Assembly: GCA_964016885.1 (NCBI GenBank)
Contig: OZ024761.1
Location: forward strand, 11,594,001 to 11,658,000
DNA length: 64,000 nt
Reading direction: 5' to 3'
Origin: Eledone cirrhosa
Taxonomy: Eukaryota
The notes beneath the pieces are model-generated. The model saw only the letters and a list, made by a program, of their open reading frames with translations. It was not told the DNA's origin and did no database searches. The translations under genes were made by a program, and so were the position numbers. Shown in pieces: positions 1 through 15,000 of this stretch; position 1 is the stretch's first letter; each line of letters starts with the position of its first letter.

Positions 1-3000
1 TATAGATTGTAGAGCTAGTCTAGGGTACTAAATACCGTGGTATAGATTGTAGAGCTAGTCTAGGGTGCTAAATACCGTGGTATAGATTGTAGAGCTAGTC
101 TAGGGTGCTAAATACCGTGGTATAGATTGTAGAGCTAGTCTAGGGTACTAAATACCCTGGTATAGATTGTAGAGCTAGTCTAGGGTACTAAATACCCTGG
201 TATAGATTGTAGAGCTAGTCTAGGGTACTAAATACCCTGGTAGAGATTGTAGAGCTAGTCTAGGGTGCTAAATACCGTGGTATAGATTGTAGAGCTAGTC
301 TAGGGTACTAAATACCCTGGTATAGATTGTAGAGCTAGTCTAGGGTGCTAAATACCGTGGTATAGATTGTAGAGCTAGTCTAGGTGCTAAATACCCTCGT
401 ATAGATTGTAGAGCTAGTCTAGGGTGCTAAATACTGTGGTATAGATTGTAGAGCTAGTCTAGGGTGCTAAATACTGTGGTATAGATTGTAGAGCTAGTCT
501 AGGGTGCTAAATACTGTGGTATAGATTGTAGAGCTAGTCTAGGGTACTAAATACCGTGGTATAGATTGTAGAGCTAGTCTAGGGTGCTAAATACTGTGGT
601 ATAGATTGTAGAGCTAGTCTAGGGTGCTAAATACCCTGGTATAGATTGTAGAGCTAGTCTAGGGTACTAAATACCCTGGTATAGATTGTAGAGCTACTCT
701 AGGGTGCTAAATACTGTGGTATAGATTGTAGAGCTAGTCTAGGGTGCTAAATACTGTGGTATAGATTGTAGAGCTAGTCTAGGGTGCTAAATACTGTGGT
801 ATAGATTGTAGAGCTAGTCTAGGGTACTAAATACCGTGGTATAGATTGTAGAGCTAGTCTAGGGTACTAAATACCCTGGTATAGATTGTAGAGCTAGTCT
901 AGGGTGCTAAATACTGTGGTATAGATTGTAGAGCTAGTCTAGGGTACTAAATACCGTGGTATAGATTGTAGAGCTAGTCTAGGGTACTAAATACCCTGGT
1001 ATAGATTGTAGAGCTAGTCTAGGGTGCTAAATACTGTGGTATAGATTGTAGAGCTAGTCTAGGGTGCTAAATACTGTGGTATAGATTGTAGAGCTAGTCT
1101 AGGGTGCTAAATACTGTGGTATAGATTGTAGAGATAGTCTAGGGTACTAAATACCGTGGTATAGATTGTAGAGCTAGTCTAGGGTACTAAATACCCTGGT
1201 ATAGATTGTAGAGCTAGTCTAGGGTGCTAAATACTGTGGTATAGATTGTAGAGCTAGTCTAGGGTACTAAATACCGTGGTATAGATTGTAGAGCTAGTCT
1301 AGGGTACTAAATACCCTGGTATAGATTGTAGAGCTAGTCTAGGGTGCTAAATACTGTGGTATAGATTGTAGAGCTAGTCTAGGGTACTAAATACCGTGGT
1401 ATAGATTGTAGAGCTAGTCTAGTGTGCTAAATACTGTGGTATAGATTGTAGAGCTAGTCTAGGGTGCTAAATACCCTGGTATAGATTGTAGAGCTAGTCT
1501 AGGGTGCTAAATACTGTGGTATAGATTGTAGAGCTAGTCTAGGGTGCTAAATACCCTGGTATAGATTGTAGAGCTAGTCTAGGGTGCTAAATACTGTGGT
1601 ATAGATTGTAGAGCTCGTCTAGGGTACTAAATACCGTGGTATAGATTGTAGAGCTAGTCTAGGGTACTAAATACCCTGGTATAGATTGTAGAGCTAGTCT
1701 AGGGTGCTAAATACTGTGGTATAGATTGTAGAGCTAGTCTAGGGTACTAAATACCGTGGTATAGATTGTAGAGCTAGTCTAGGGTGCTAAATACTGTGGT
1801 ATAGATTGTAGAGCTAGTCTAGGGTACTAAATACCCTGGTATAGATTGTAGAGCTAGTCTAGGGTGCTAAATACTGTGGTATAGATTGTAGAGCTAGTCT
1901 AGGGTGCTAAATACTGTGGTATAGATTGTAGAGCTAGTCTAGGGTACTAAATACCCTGGTATAGATTGTAGAGCTAGTCTAGGGTACTAAATACCCTGGT
2001 ATAGATTGTAGAGCTACTCTAGGGTGCTAAATACTGTGGTATAGATTGTAGAGCTAGTCTAGGGTGCTAAATACTGTGGTATAGATTGTAGAGCTAGTCT
2101 AGGGTGCTAAATACCGTGGTATAGATTGTAGAGCTAGTCTAGGGTACTAAATACCCTGGTATAGATTGTAGAGCTAGTCTAGGGTACTAAATACCCTGGT
2201 ATAGATTGCAGAGCTAGTCTAGGGTGCTAAATACTGTGGTATAGATTGTAGAGCTAGTCTAGGGTACTAAATACCCTGGTATAGATTGTAGAGCTAGTCT
2301 AGGGTGCTAAATACTGTGGTATAGATTGTAGAGCTAGTCTAGGGTACTAAATACCGTGGTATAGATTGTAGAGCTAGTCTAGGGTGCTAAATACCGTGGT
2401 ATAGATTGTAGAGCTAGTCTAGGGTGCTAAATACCGTGGTATAGATTGTAGAGCTAGTCTAGGGTACTAAATACCCTGGTATAGATTGTAGAGCTAGTCT
2501 AGGGTACTAAATACCCTGGTATAGATTGTAGAGCTAGTCTAGGGTACTAAATACCCTGGTAGAGATTGTAGAGCTAGTCTAGGGTGCTAAATACCGTGGT
2601 ATAGATTGTAGAGCTAGTCTAGGGTACTAAATACCCTGGTATAGATTGTAGAGCTAGTCTAGGGTGCTAAATACCGTGGTATAGATTGTAGAGCTAGTCT
2701 AGGTGCTAAATACCCTCGTATAGATTGTAGAGCTAGTCTAGGGTGCTAAATACTGTGGTATAGATTGTAGAGCTAGTCTAGGGTGCTAAATACTGTGGTA
2801 TAGATTGTAGAGCTAGTCTAGGGTGCTAAATACTGTGGTATAGATTGTAGAGCTAGTCTAGGGTACTAAATACCGTGGTATAGATTGTAGAGCTAGTCTA
2901 GGGTGCTAAATACTGTGGTATAGATTGTAGAGCTAGTCTAGGGTGCTAAATACCCTGGTATAGATTGTAGAGCTAGTCTAGGGTACTAAATACCCTGGTA

Positions 3001-6000
3001 TAGATTGTAGAGCTACTCTAGGGTGCTAAATACTGTGGTATAGATTGTAGAGCTAGTCTAGGGTGCTAAATACTGTGGTATAGATTGTAGAGCTAGTCTA
3101 GGGTGCTAAATACTGTGGTATAGATTGTAGAGCTAGTCTAGGGTACTAAATACCGTGGTATAGATTGTAGAGCTAGTCTAGGGTACTAAATACCCTGGTA
3201 TAGATTGTAGAGCTAGTCTAGGGTGCTAAATACTGTGGTATAGATTGTAGAGCTAGTCTAGGGTACTAAATACCGTGGTATAGATTGTAGAGCTAGTCTA
3301 GGGTACTAAATACCCTGGTATAGATTGTAGAGCTAGTCTAGGGTGCTAAATACTGTGGTATAGATTGTAGAGCTAGTCTAGGGTGCTAAATACTGTGGTA
3401 TAGATTGTAGAGCTAGTCTAGGGTGCTAAATACTGTGGTATAGATTGTAGAGATAGTCTAGGGTACTAAATACCGTGGTATAGATTGTAGAGCTAGTCTA
3501 GGGTACTAAATACCCTGGTATAGATTGTAGAGCTAGTCTAGGGTGCTAAATACTGTGGTATAGATTGTAGAGCTAGTCTAGGGTACTAAATACCGTGGTA
3601 TAGATTGTAGAGCTAGTCTAGGGTACTAAATACCCTGGTATAGATTGTAGAGCTAGTCTAGGGTGCTAAATACTGTGGTATAGATTGTAGAGCTAGTCTA
3701 GGGTACTAAATACCGTGGTATAGATTGTAGAGCTAGTCTAGTGTGCTAAATACTGTGGTATAGATTGTAGAGCTAGTCTAGGGTGCTAAATACCCTGGTA
3801 TAGATTGTAGAGCTAGTCTAGGGTGCTAAATACTGTGGTATAGATTGTAGAGCTAGTCTAGGGTGCTAAATACCCTGGTATAGATTGTAGAGCTAGTCTA
3901 GGGTGCTAAATACTGTGGTATAGATTGTAGAGCTCGTCTAGGGTACTAAATACCGTGGTATAGATTGTAGAGCTAGTCTAGGGTACTAAATACCCTGGTA
4001 TAGATTGTAGAGCTAGTCTAGGGTGCTAAATACTGTGGTATAGATTGTAGAGCTAGTCTAGGGTACTAAATACCGTGGTATAGATTGTAGAGCTAGTCTA
4101 GGGTGCTAAATACTGTGGTATAGATTGTAGAGCTAGTCTAGGGTACTAAATACCCTGGTATAGATTGTAGAGCTAGTCTAGGGTGCTAAATACTGTGGTA
4201 TAGATTGTAGAGCTAGTCTAGGGTGCTAAATACTGTGGTATAGATTGTAGAGCTAGTCTAGGGTACTAAATACCCTGGTATAGATTGTAGAGCTAGTCTA
4301 GGGTACTAAATACCCTGGTATAGATTGTAGAGCTACTCTAGGGTGCTAAATACTGTGGTATAGATTGTAGAGCTAGTCTAGGGTGCTAAATACTGTGGTA
4401 TAGATTGTAGAGCTAGTCTAGGGTGCTAAATACTGTGGTATAGATTGTAGAGCTAGTCTAGGGTACTAAATACCGTGGTATAGATTGTAGAGCTAGTCTA
4501 GGGTACTAAATACCCTGGTATAGATTGTAGAGCTAGTCTAGGGTGCTAAATACTGTGGTATAGATTGTAGAGCTAGTCTAGGGTACTAAATACCGTGGTA
4601 TAGATTGTAGAGCTAGTCTAGGGTACTAAATACCCTGGTATAGATTGTAGAGCTAGTCTAGGGTGCTAAATACTGTGGTATAGATTGTAGAGCTAGTCTA
4701 GGGTGCTAAATACTGTGGTATAGATTGTAGAGCTAGTCTAGGGTGCTAAATACTGTGGTATAGATTGTAGAGATAGTCTAGGGTACTAAATACCGTGGTA
4801 TAGATTGTAGAGCTAGTCTAGGGTACTAAATACCCTGGTATAGATTGTAGAGCTAGTCTAGGGTGCTAAATACTGTGGTATAGATTGTAGAGCTAGTCTA
4901 GGGTACTAAATACCGTGGTATAGATTGTAGAGCTAGTCTAGGGTACTAAATACCCTGGTATAGATTGTAGAGCTAGTCTAGGGTGCTAAATACTGTGGTA
5001 TAGATTGTAGAGCTAGTCTAGGGTACTAAATACCGTGGTATAGATTGTAGAGCTAGTCTAGTGTGCTAAATACTGTGGTATAGATTGTAGAGCTAGTCTA
5101 GGGTGCTAAATACCCTGGTATAGATTGTAGAGCTAGTCTAGGGTGCTAAATACTGTGGTATAGATTGTAGAGCTAGTCTAGGGTGCTAAATACCCTGGTA
5201 TAGATTGTAGAGCTAGTCTAGGGTGCTAAATACTGTGGTATAGATTGTAGAGCTCGTCTAGGGTACTAAATACCGTGGTATAGATTGTAGAGCTAGTCTA
5301 GGGTACTAAATACCCTGGTATAGATTGTAGAGCTAGTCTAGGGTGCTAAATACTGTGGTATAGATTGTAGAGCTAGTCTAGGGTACTAAATACCGTGGTA
5401 TAGATTGTAGAGCTAGTCTAGGGTGCTAAATACTGTGGTATAGATTGTAGAGCTAGTCTAGGGTACTAAATACCCTGGTATAGATTGTAGAGCTAGTCTA
5501 GGGTGCTAAATACTGTGGTATAGATTGTAGAGCTAGTCTAGGGTGCTAAATACTGTGGTATAGATTGTAGAGCTAGTCTAGGGTACTAAATACCCTGGTA
5601 TAGATTGTAGAGCTAGTCTAGGTTGCTAAATACTGTGGTATAGATTGTAGAGCTAGTCTAGGGTGCTAAATACTGTGGTATAGATTGTAGAGCTAGTCTA
5701 GGGTACTAAATACCCTGGTATAGATTGTAGAGCTAGTCTAGGGTGCTAAATACTGTGGTATAGATTGTAGAGCTAGTCTAGGGTACTAAATACCGTGGTA
5801 TAGATTGTAGAGCTAGTCTAGGGTACTAAATACCCTGGTATAGATTGCAGAGCTAGTCTAGGGTACTAAATACTGTGGTATAGATTGTAGAGCTAGTCTA
5901 GTGTACTAAATACTGTGGTATAGATTGTAGAGCTAGTCTAGGGTGCTAAATACCCTGGTATAGATTGTAGAGCTAGTCTAGGGTACTAAATACTGTGGTA

Positions 6001-9000
6001 TAGATTGTAGAGCTAGTCTAGGGTACTAAATACTGTGGTATAGATTGTAGAGCTAGTCTAGGGTACTAAATACTGTGGTATAGATTGTAGAGCTAGTCTA
6101 GGGTGCTAAATACCCTGGTATAGATTGTAGAGCTAGTCTAGGGTGCTAAATACTGTGGTATAGATTGTAGAGCTAGTCTAGGGTGCTAAATACCCTGGTA
6201 TAGATTGTAGAGCTAGTCTAGGGTGCTAAATACTGTGGTATAGATTGTAGAGCTAGTCTAGGGTGCTAAATACCCTGGTATAGATTGTAGAGCTAGTCTA
6301 GGGTGCTAAATACTGTGGTATAGATTGTAGAGCTAGTCTAGGGTGCTAAATACCCTGGTATAGATTGTAGAGCTAGTCTAGGGTGCTAAATACTGTGGTA
6401 TAGATTGTAGAGCTAGTCTAGTGTGCTAAATACCCTGGTATAGATTGTAGAGCTAGTCTAGGGTGCTAAATACTGTGGTATAGATTGTAGAGCTAGTCTA
6501 GGGTGCTAAATACCCTGGTATAGATTGTAGAGCTAGTCTAGGGTGCTAAATACTGTGGTATAGATTGTAGAGCTAGTCTAGGGTGCTAAATAGCCTGGTA
6601 TAGATAGTAGAGCTAGTCTAGGGTGCTAAATACTGTGGTATAGATTGTAGAGCTAGTCTAGGGTACTAAATACCGTGGTATAGATTGTAGAGCTAGTCTA
6701 GGGTACTAAATACCCTGGTATAGATTGTAGAGCTAGTCTAGGGTGCTAAATACTGTGGTATAGATTGTAGAGCTAGTCTAGGGTACTAAATACCGTGGTA
6801 TAGATTGTAGAGCTAGTCTAGGGTGCTAAATACTGTGGTATAGATTGTAGAGCTAGTCTAGGGTACTAAATACCGTGGTATAGATTGTAGAGCTAGTCTA
6901 GGGTGCTAAATACTGTGGTATAGATTGTAGAGCTAGTCTAGGGTGCTAAATACTTTGGTATAGATTGTAGAGCTAGTCTAGGGTGCTAAATACTGTGGTA
7001 TAGATTGTAGAGCTAGTCTAGGGTACTAAATACCCTGGTATAGATTGTAGAGCTAGTCTAGGTTGCTAAATACTGTGGTATAGATTGTAGAGCTAGTCTA
7101 GGGTGCTAAATACTGTGGTATAGATTGTAGAGCTAGTCTAGGGTACTAAATACCCTGGTATAGATTGTAGAGCTAGTCTAGGGTGCTAAATACTGTGGTA
7201 TAGATTGTAGAGCTAGTCTAGGGTGCTAAATACTGTGGTATAGATTGTAGAGCTAGTCTAGGGTGCTAAATACCGTGGTATAGATTGTGGAGCTAGTCTA
7301 GGGTACTAAATACCCTGGTATAGATTGTAGAGCTAGTCTAGGGTACTAAATACCCTGGTATAGATTGCAGAGCTAGTCTAGGGTGCTAAATACTGTGGTA
7401 TAGATTGTAGAGCTAGTCTAGGGTACTAAATACCCTGGTATAGATTGTAGAGCTAGTCTAGGGTGCTAAATACCCTGGTATAGATTGTAGAGCTAGTCTA
7501 GGGTACTAAATACCGTGGTATAGATTGTAGAGCTAGTCTAGGGTGCTAAATACCGTGGTATAGATTGTAGAGCTAGTCTAGGGTGCTAAATACCGTGGTA
7601 TAGATTGTAGAGCAAGTCTAGGGTACTAAATACCCTGGTATAGATTGTAGAGCTAGTCTAGGGTACTAAATACCCTGGTATAGATTGTAGAGCTAGTCTA
7701 GGGTACTAAATACCCTGGTATAGATTGTAGAGCTAGTCTAGGGTGCTAAATACCGTGGTATAGATTGTAGAGCTAGTCTAGGGTACTAAATACCCTGGTA
7801 TAGATTGTAGAGCTAGTCTAGGGTGCTAAATACCGTGGTATAGATTGTAGAGCTAGTCTAGGTGCTAAATACCCTGGTATAGATTGTAGAGCTAGTCTAG
7901 GGTGCTAAATACTGTGGTATAGATTGTAGAGCTAGTCTAGGGTGCTAAATACTGTGGTATAGATTGTAGAGCTAGTCTAGGGTACTAAATACCGTGGTAT
8001 AGATTGTAGAGCTAGTCTAGGGTGCTAAATACTGTGGTATAGATTGTAGAGCTAGTCTAGGGTGCTAAATACCCTGGTATAGATTGTAGAGCTAGTCTAG
8101 GGTACTAAATACCGTGGTATAGATTGTAGAGCTAGTCTAGGGTACTAAATACCCTGGTATAGATTGTAGAGCTAGTCTAGGGTGCTAAATACTGTGGTAT
8201 AGATTGTAGAGCTAGTCTAGGGTACTAAATACCCTGGTATAGATTGTAGAGCTAGTCTAGGGTGCTAAATACTGTGGTATAGATTGTAGAGCTAGTCTAG
8301 GGTGCTAAATACTGTGGTATAGATTGTAGAGCTAGTCTAGGGTGCTAAATACTGTGGTATAGATTGTAGAGCTAGTCTAGGGTACTAAATACTGTGGTAT
8401 AGATTGTAGAGCTAGTCTAGGGTACTAAATACTGTGGTATAGATTGTAGAGCTAGTCTAGGGTACTAAATATTGTGGTATAGATTGTAGAGCTAGTCTAG
8501 GGTGCTAAATACCCTGGTATAGATTGTAGAGCTAGTCTAGGGTACTAAATACTGTGGTATAGATTGTAGAGCTAGTCTAGGGTACTAAATACTGTGGTAT
8601 AGATTGTAGAGCTAGTCTAGGGTACTAAATACTGTGGTATAGATTGTAGAGCTAGTCTAGGGTGCTAAATACCCTGGTATAGATTGTAGAGCTAGTCTAG
8701 GGTGCTAAATACTGTGGTATAGATTGTAGAGCTAGTCTAGGGTGCTAAATACCCTGGTATAGATTGTAGAGCTTGTCTAGGGTGCTAAATACTGTGGTAT
8801 AGATTGTAGAGCTAGTCTAGGGTGCTAAATACCCTGGTATAGATTGTAGAGCTAGTCTAGGGTGCTAAATACTGTGGTATAGATTGTAGAGCTAGTCTAG
8901 GGTGCTAAATACCCTGGTATAGATTGTAGAGCTAGTCTAGGGTGCTAAATACTGTGGTATAGATTGTAGAGCTAGTCTAGTGTGCTAAATACCCTGGTAT

Positions 9001-12000
9001 AGATTGTAGAGCTAGTCTAGGGTGCTAAATACTGTGGTATAGATTGTAGAGCTAGTCTAGGGTGCTAAATACCCTGGTATAGATTGTAGAGCTAGTCTAG
9101 GGTGCTAAATACTGTGGTATAGATTGTAGAGCTAGTCTAGGGTGCTAAATACCCTGGTATAGATTGTAGAGCTAGTCTAGGGTGCTAAATACTGTGGTAT
9201 AGATTGTAGAGCTAGTCTAGGGTACTAAATACCGTGGTAAAGATTGTAGAGCTAGTCTAGGGTACTAAATACCCTGGTATAGATTGTAGAGCTAGTCTAG
9301 GGTGCTAAATACTGTGGTATAGATTGTAGAGCTAGTCTAGGGTACTAAATACCGTGGTATAGATTGTAGAGCTAGTCTAGGGTGCTAAATACTGTGGTAT
9401 AGATTGTAGAGCTAGTCTAGGGTACTAAATACCGTGGTATAGATTGTAGAGCTAGTCTAGGGTGCTAAATACTGTGGTATAGATTGTAGAGCTAGTCTAG
9501 GGTGCTAAATACTGTGGTATAGATTGTAGAGCTAGTCTAGGGTGCTAAATACTGTGGTATAGATTGTAGAGCTAGTCTAGGGTACTAAATACCCTGGTAT
9601 AGATTGTAGAGCTAGTCTAGGTTGCTAAATACTGTGGTATAGATTGTAGAGCTAGTCTAGGGTGCTAAATACTGTGGTATAGATTGTAGAGCTAGTCTAG
9701 GGTACTAAATACCCTGGTATAGATTGTAGAGCTAGTCTAGGGTGCTAAATACTGTGGTATAGATTGTAGAGCTAGTCTAGGGTGCTAAATACTGTGGTAT
9801 AGATTGTAGAGCTAGTCTAGGGTGCTAAATACCGTGGTATAGATTGTAGAGCTAGTCTAGGGTACTAAATACCCTGGTATAGATTGTAGAGCTAGTCTAG
9901 GGTACTAAATACCCTGGTATAGATTGCAGAGCTAGTCTAGGGTGCTAAATACTGTGGTATAGATTGTAGAGCTAGTCTAGGGTACTAAATACCCTGGTAT
10001 AGATTGTAGAGCTAGTCTAGTGTGCTAAATACTGTGGTATAGATTGTAGAGCTAGTCTAGGGTACTAAATACCGTGGTATAGATTGTAGAGCTAGTCTAG
10101 GGTGCTAAATACCGTGGTATAGATTGTAGAGCTAGTCTAGGGTGCTAAATACCGTGGTATAGATTGTAGAGCTAGTCTAGGGTACTAAATACCCTGGTAT
10201 AGATTGTAGAGCTAGTCTAGAGTACTAAATACCCTGGTATAGATTGTAGAGCTAGTCTAGGGTACTAAATACCCTGGTATAGATTGTAGAGCTAGTCTAG
10301 GGTGCTAAATACCGTGGTATAGATTGTAGAGCTAGTCTAGGGTACTAAATACCCTGGTATAGATTGTAGAGCTAGTCTAGGGTGCTAAATACCGTGGTAT
10401 AGATTGTAGAGCTAGTCTAGGTGCTAAATACCCTCGTATAGATTGTAGAGCTAGTCTAGGGTGCTAAATACTGTGGTATAGATTGTAGAGCTAGTCTAGG
10501 GTGCTAAATACTGTGGTATAGATTGTAGAGCTAGTCTAGGGTGCTAAATACTGTGGTATAGATTGTAGAGCTAGTCTAGGGTACTAAATACCGTGGTATA
10601 GATTGTAGAGCTAGTCTAGGGTGCTAAATACTGTGGTATAGATTGTAGAGCTAGTCTAGGGTGCTAAATACCCTGGTATAGATTGTAGAGCTAGTCTAGG
10701 GTACTAAATAGCCTGGTATAGATTGTAGAGCTACTCTAGGGTGCTAAATACTGTGGTATAGATTGTAGAGCTAGTCTAGGGTGCTAAATACTGTGGTATA
10801 GATTGTAGAGCTAGTCTAGGGTGCTAAATACTGTGGTATAGATTGTAGAGCTAGTCTAGGGTACTAAATACCGTGGTATAGATTGTAGAGCTAGTCTAGG
10901 GTACTAAATACCCTGGTATAGATTGTAGAGCTAGTCTAGGGTGCTAAATACTGTGGTATAGATTGTAGAGCTAGTCTAGGGTACTAAATACCGTGGTATA
11001 GATTGTAGAGCTAGTCTAGGGTACTAAATACCCTGGTATAGATTGTAGAGCTAGTCTAGGGTGCTAAATACTGTGGTATAGATTGTAGAGCTAGTCTAGG
11101 GTGCTAAATACTGTGGTATAGATTGTAGAGCTAGTTTAGGGTGCTAAATACTGTGGTATAGATTGTAGAGATAGTCTAGGGTACTAAATACCGTGGTATA
11201 GATTGTAGAGCTAGTCTAGGGTACTAAATACCCTGGTATAGATTGTAGAGCTAGTCTAGGGTGCTAAATACTGTGGTATAGATTGTAGAGCTAGTCTAGG
11301 GTACTAAATACCGTGGTATAGATTGTAGAGCTAGTCTAGGGTACTAAATACCCTGGTATAGATTGTAGAGCTAGTCTATGGTGCTAAATACTGTGGTATA
11401 GATTGTAGAGCTAGTCTAGGGTACTAAATACCGTGGTATAGATTGTAGAGCTAGTCTAGGGTGCTAAATACTGTGGTATAGATTGTAGAGCTAGTCTAGG
11501 GTGCTAAATACTGTGGTATAGATTGTAGAGCTAGTCTAGGGTGCTAAATACTGTGGTATAGATTGTAGAGCTAGTCTAGGGTACTAAATACCCTGGTATA
11601 GATTGTAGAGCTAGTCTAGGTTGCTAAATACTGTGGTATAGATTGTAGAGCTAGTCTAGGGTGCTAAATACTGTGGTATAGATTGTAGAGCTAGTCTAGG
11701 GTACTAAATACTGTGGTATAGATTGTAGAGCTAGTCTAGGGTGCTAAATACTGTGGTATAGATTGTAGAGCTAGTCTAGGGTGCTAAATACTGTGGTATA
11801 GATTGTAGAGCTAGTCTAGGGTGCTAAATACCGTGGTATAGATTGTAGAGCTAGTCTAGGGTACTAAATACCCTGGTATAGATTGTAGAGCTAGTCTAGG
11901 GTACTAAATACCCTGGTATAGATTGCAGAGCTAGTCTAGGGTGCTAAATACTGTGGTATAGATTGTAGAGCTAGTCTAGGGTACTAAATACCCTGGTATA

Positions 12001-15000
12001 GATTGTAGAGCTAGTCTAGGGTGCTAAATACTGTGGTATAGATTGTAGAGCTAGTCTAGGGTACTAAATACCGTGGTATAGATTGTAGAGCTAGTCTAGG
12101 GTGCTAAATACCGTGGTATAGATTGTAGAGCTAGTCTAGGGTGCTAAATACCGTGGTATAGATTGTAGAGCTAGTCTAGGGTACTAAATACCCTGGTATA
12201 GATTGTAGAGCTAGTCTAGGGTACTAAATACCCTGGTATAGATTGTAGAGCTAGTCTAGGGTACTAAATACCCTGGTATAGATTGTAGAGCTAGTCTAGG
12301 GTGCTAAATACCGTGGTATAGATTGTAGAGCTAGTCTAGGGTACTAAATACCCTGGTATAGATTGTAGAGCTAGTCTAGGGTGCTAAATACCGTGGTATA
12401 GATTGTAGAGCTAGTCTAGGTGCTAAATACCCTCGTATAGATTGTAGAGCTAGTCTAGGGTGCTAAATACTGTGGTATAGATTGTAGAGCTAGTCTAGGG
12501 TGCTAAATACTGTGGTATAGATTGTAGAGCTAGTCTAGGGTGCTAAATACTGTGGTATAGATTGTAGAGCTAGTCTAGGGTACTAAATACCGTGGTATAG
12601 ATTGTAGAGCTAGTCTAGGGTGCTAAATACTGTGGTATAGATTGTAGAGCTAGTCTAGGGTGCTAAATACCCTGGTATAGATTGTAGAGCTAGTCTAGGG
12701 TACTAAATACCCTGGTATAGATTGTAGAGCTACTCTAGGGTGCTAAATACTGTGGTATAGATTGTAGAGCTAGTCTAGGGTGCTAAATACTGTGGTATAG
12801 ATTGTAGAGCTAGTCTAGGGTGCTAAATACTGTGGTATAGATTGTAGAGCTAGTCTAGGGTACTAAATACCGTGGTATAGATTGTAGAGCTAGTCTAGGG
12901 TACTAAATACCCTGGTATAGATTGTAGAGCTAGTCTAGGGTGCTAAATACTGTGGTATAGATTGTAGAGCTAGTCTAGGGTACTAAATACCGTGGTATAG
13001 ATTGTAGAGCTAGTCTAGGGTACTAAATACCCTGGTATAGATTGTAGAGCTAGTCTAGGGTGCTAAATACTGTGGTATAGATTGTAGAGCTAGTCTAGGG
13101 TGCTAAATACTGTGGTATAGATTGTAGAGCTAGTCTAGGGTGCTAAATACTGTGGTATAGATTGTAGAGATAGTCTAGGGTACTAAATACCGTGGTATAG
13201 ATTGTAGAGCTAGTCTAGGGTACTAAATACCCTGGTATAGATTGTAGAGCTAGTCTAGGGTGCTAAATACTGTGGTATAGATTGTAGAGCTAGTCTAGGG
13301 TACTAAATACCGTGGTATAGATTGTAGAGCTAGTCTAGGGTACTAAATACCCTGGTATAGATTGTAGAGCTAGTCTAGGGTGCTAAATACTGTGGTATAG
13401 ATTGTAGAGCTAGTCTAGGGTGCTAAATACTGTGGTATACATTGTAGAGCTAGTCTAGGGTGCTAAATACTGTGGTATAGATTGTAGAGCTAGTCTAGGG
13501 TACTAAATACCGTGGTATAGATTGTAGAGCTAGTCTAGGGTACTAAATACCCTGGTATAGATTGTAGAGCTAGTCTAGGGTGCTAAATACTGTGGTATAG
13601 ATTGTATAGCTAGTCTAGGGTGCTAAATACTGTGGTATAGATTGTAGAGCTAGTCTAGGGTGCTAAATACTGTGGTATAGATTCTAGAGCTAGTCGTGGG
13701 TACTAAATACTGTGGTATAGATTGTAGAGCTAGTCTAGGGTACTAAATACTGTGGTATAGATTGTAGAGCTAGTCTAGGGTACTAAATACTGTGGTATAG
13801 ATTGTAGAGCTAGTCTCGGGTACTAAATACTGTGGTTTAGATTGTAGAGCTAGTCTAGGGTACTAAATACTGTGGTATAGATTGTAGAGCTAGTCTAGGG
13901 TACTAAATACTGTGGTATAGATTGTAGAGCTAGTCTAGGGTGCTAAATACTCTGGTATAGATTGTAGAGCTAGTCTAGGGTACTAAATACTGTGGTATAG
14001 ATTGTAGAGCTAGTCTAGGGTACTAAATACTGTGATATAGATTGTAGAGCTAGTCTAGGGTACTAAATACTGTGGTATAGATTGTAGAGCTAGTCTAGGG
14101 TACTAAATACTGTGGTATAGATTGTAGAGCTAGTCTAGGGTGCTAAATACTGTGGTATAGATTGTAGAGCTAGTCTAGGGTGCTAAATACCGTGGTATAG
14201 ATTGTAGAGCTAGTCTAGGGTGCTAAATACCCTGGTATAGATTGTAGAGCTAGTCTAGGGTGCTAAATACTGTGGTATAGATTGTAGAGCTAGTCTAGGG
14301 TGCTAAATACCCTGGTATAGATTGTAGAGCTAGTCTAGGGTGCTAAATACTGTGGTATAGATTGTAGAGCTAGTCTAGTGTGCTAAATACCCTGGTATAG
14401 ATTGTAGAGCTAGTCTAGGGTGCTAAATACTGTGGTATAGATTGTAGAGCTAGTCTAGGGTGCTAAATACCCTGGTATAGATTGTAGAGCTAGTCTAGGG
14501 TGCTAAATACTGTGGTATAGATTGTAGAGCTAGTCTAGGGTGCTAAATACCCTGGTATAGATTGTAGAGCTAGTCTAGGGTGCTAAATACTGTGGTATAG
14601 ATTGTAGAGCTAGTCTAGGGTACTAAATACCGTGGTATAGATTGTAGAGCTAGTCTAGGGTACTAAATACCCTGGTATAGATTGTAGAGCTAGTCTAGGG
14701 TGCTAAATACTGTGGTATAGATTGTAGAGCTAGTCTAGGGTGCTAAATACCGTGGTATAGATTGTAGAGCTAGTCTAGGGTGCTAAATACTGTGGTATAG
14801 ATTGTAGAGCTAGTCTAGGGTGCTAAATACTGTGGTATAGATTGTAGAGCTCGTCTAGGGTGCTAAATACTGTGGTATAGATTGTAGAGCTAGTCTAGGG
14901 TGCTAAATACTGTGGTATAGATTGTAAAGCTAGTCTAGGGTGCTAAATACTGTGGTATAGATTGTAGAGCTAGTCTAGGGTGCTAAATACCGTGGTATAG

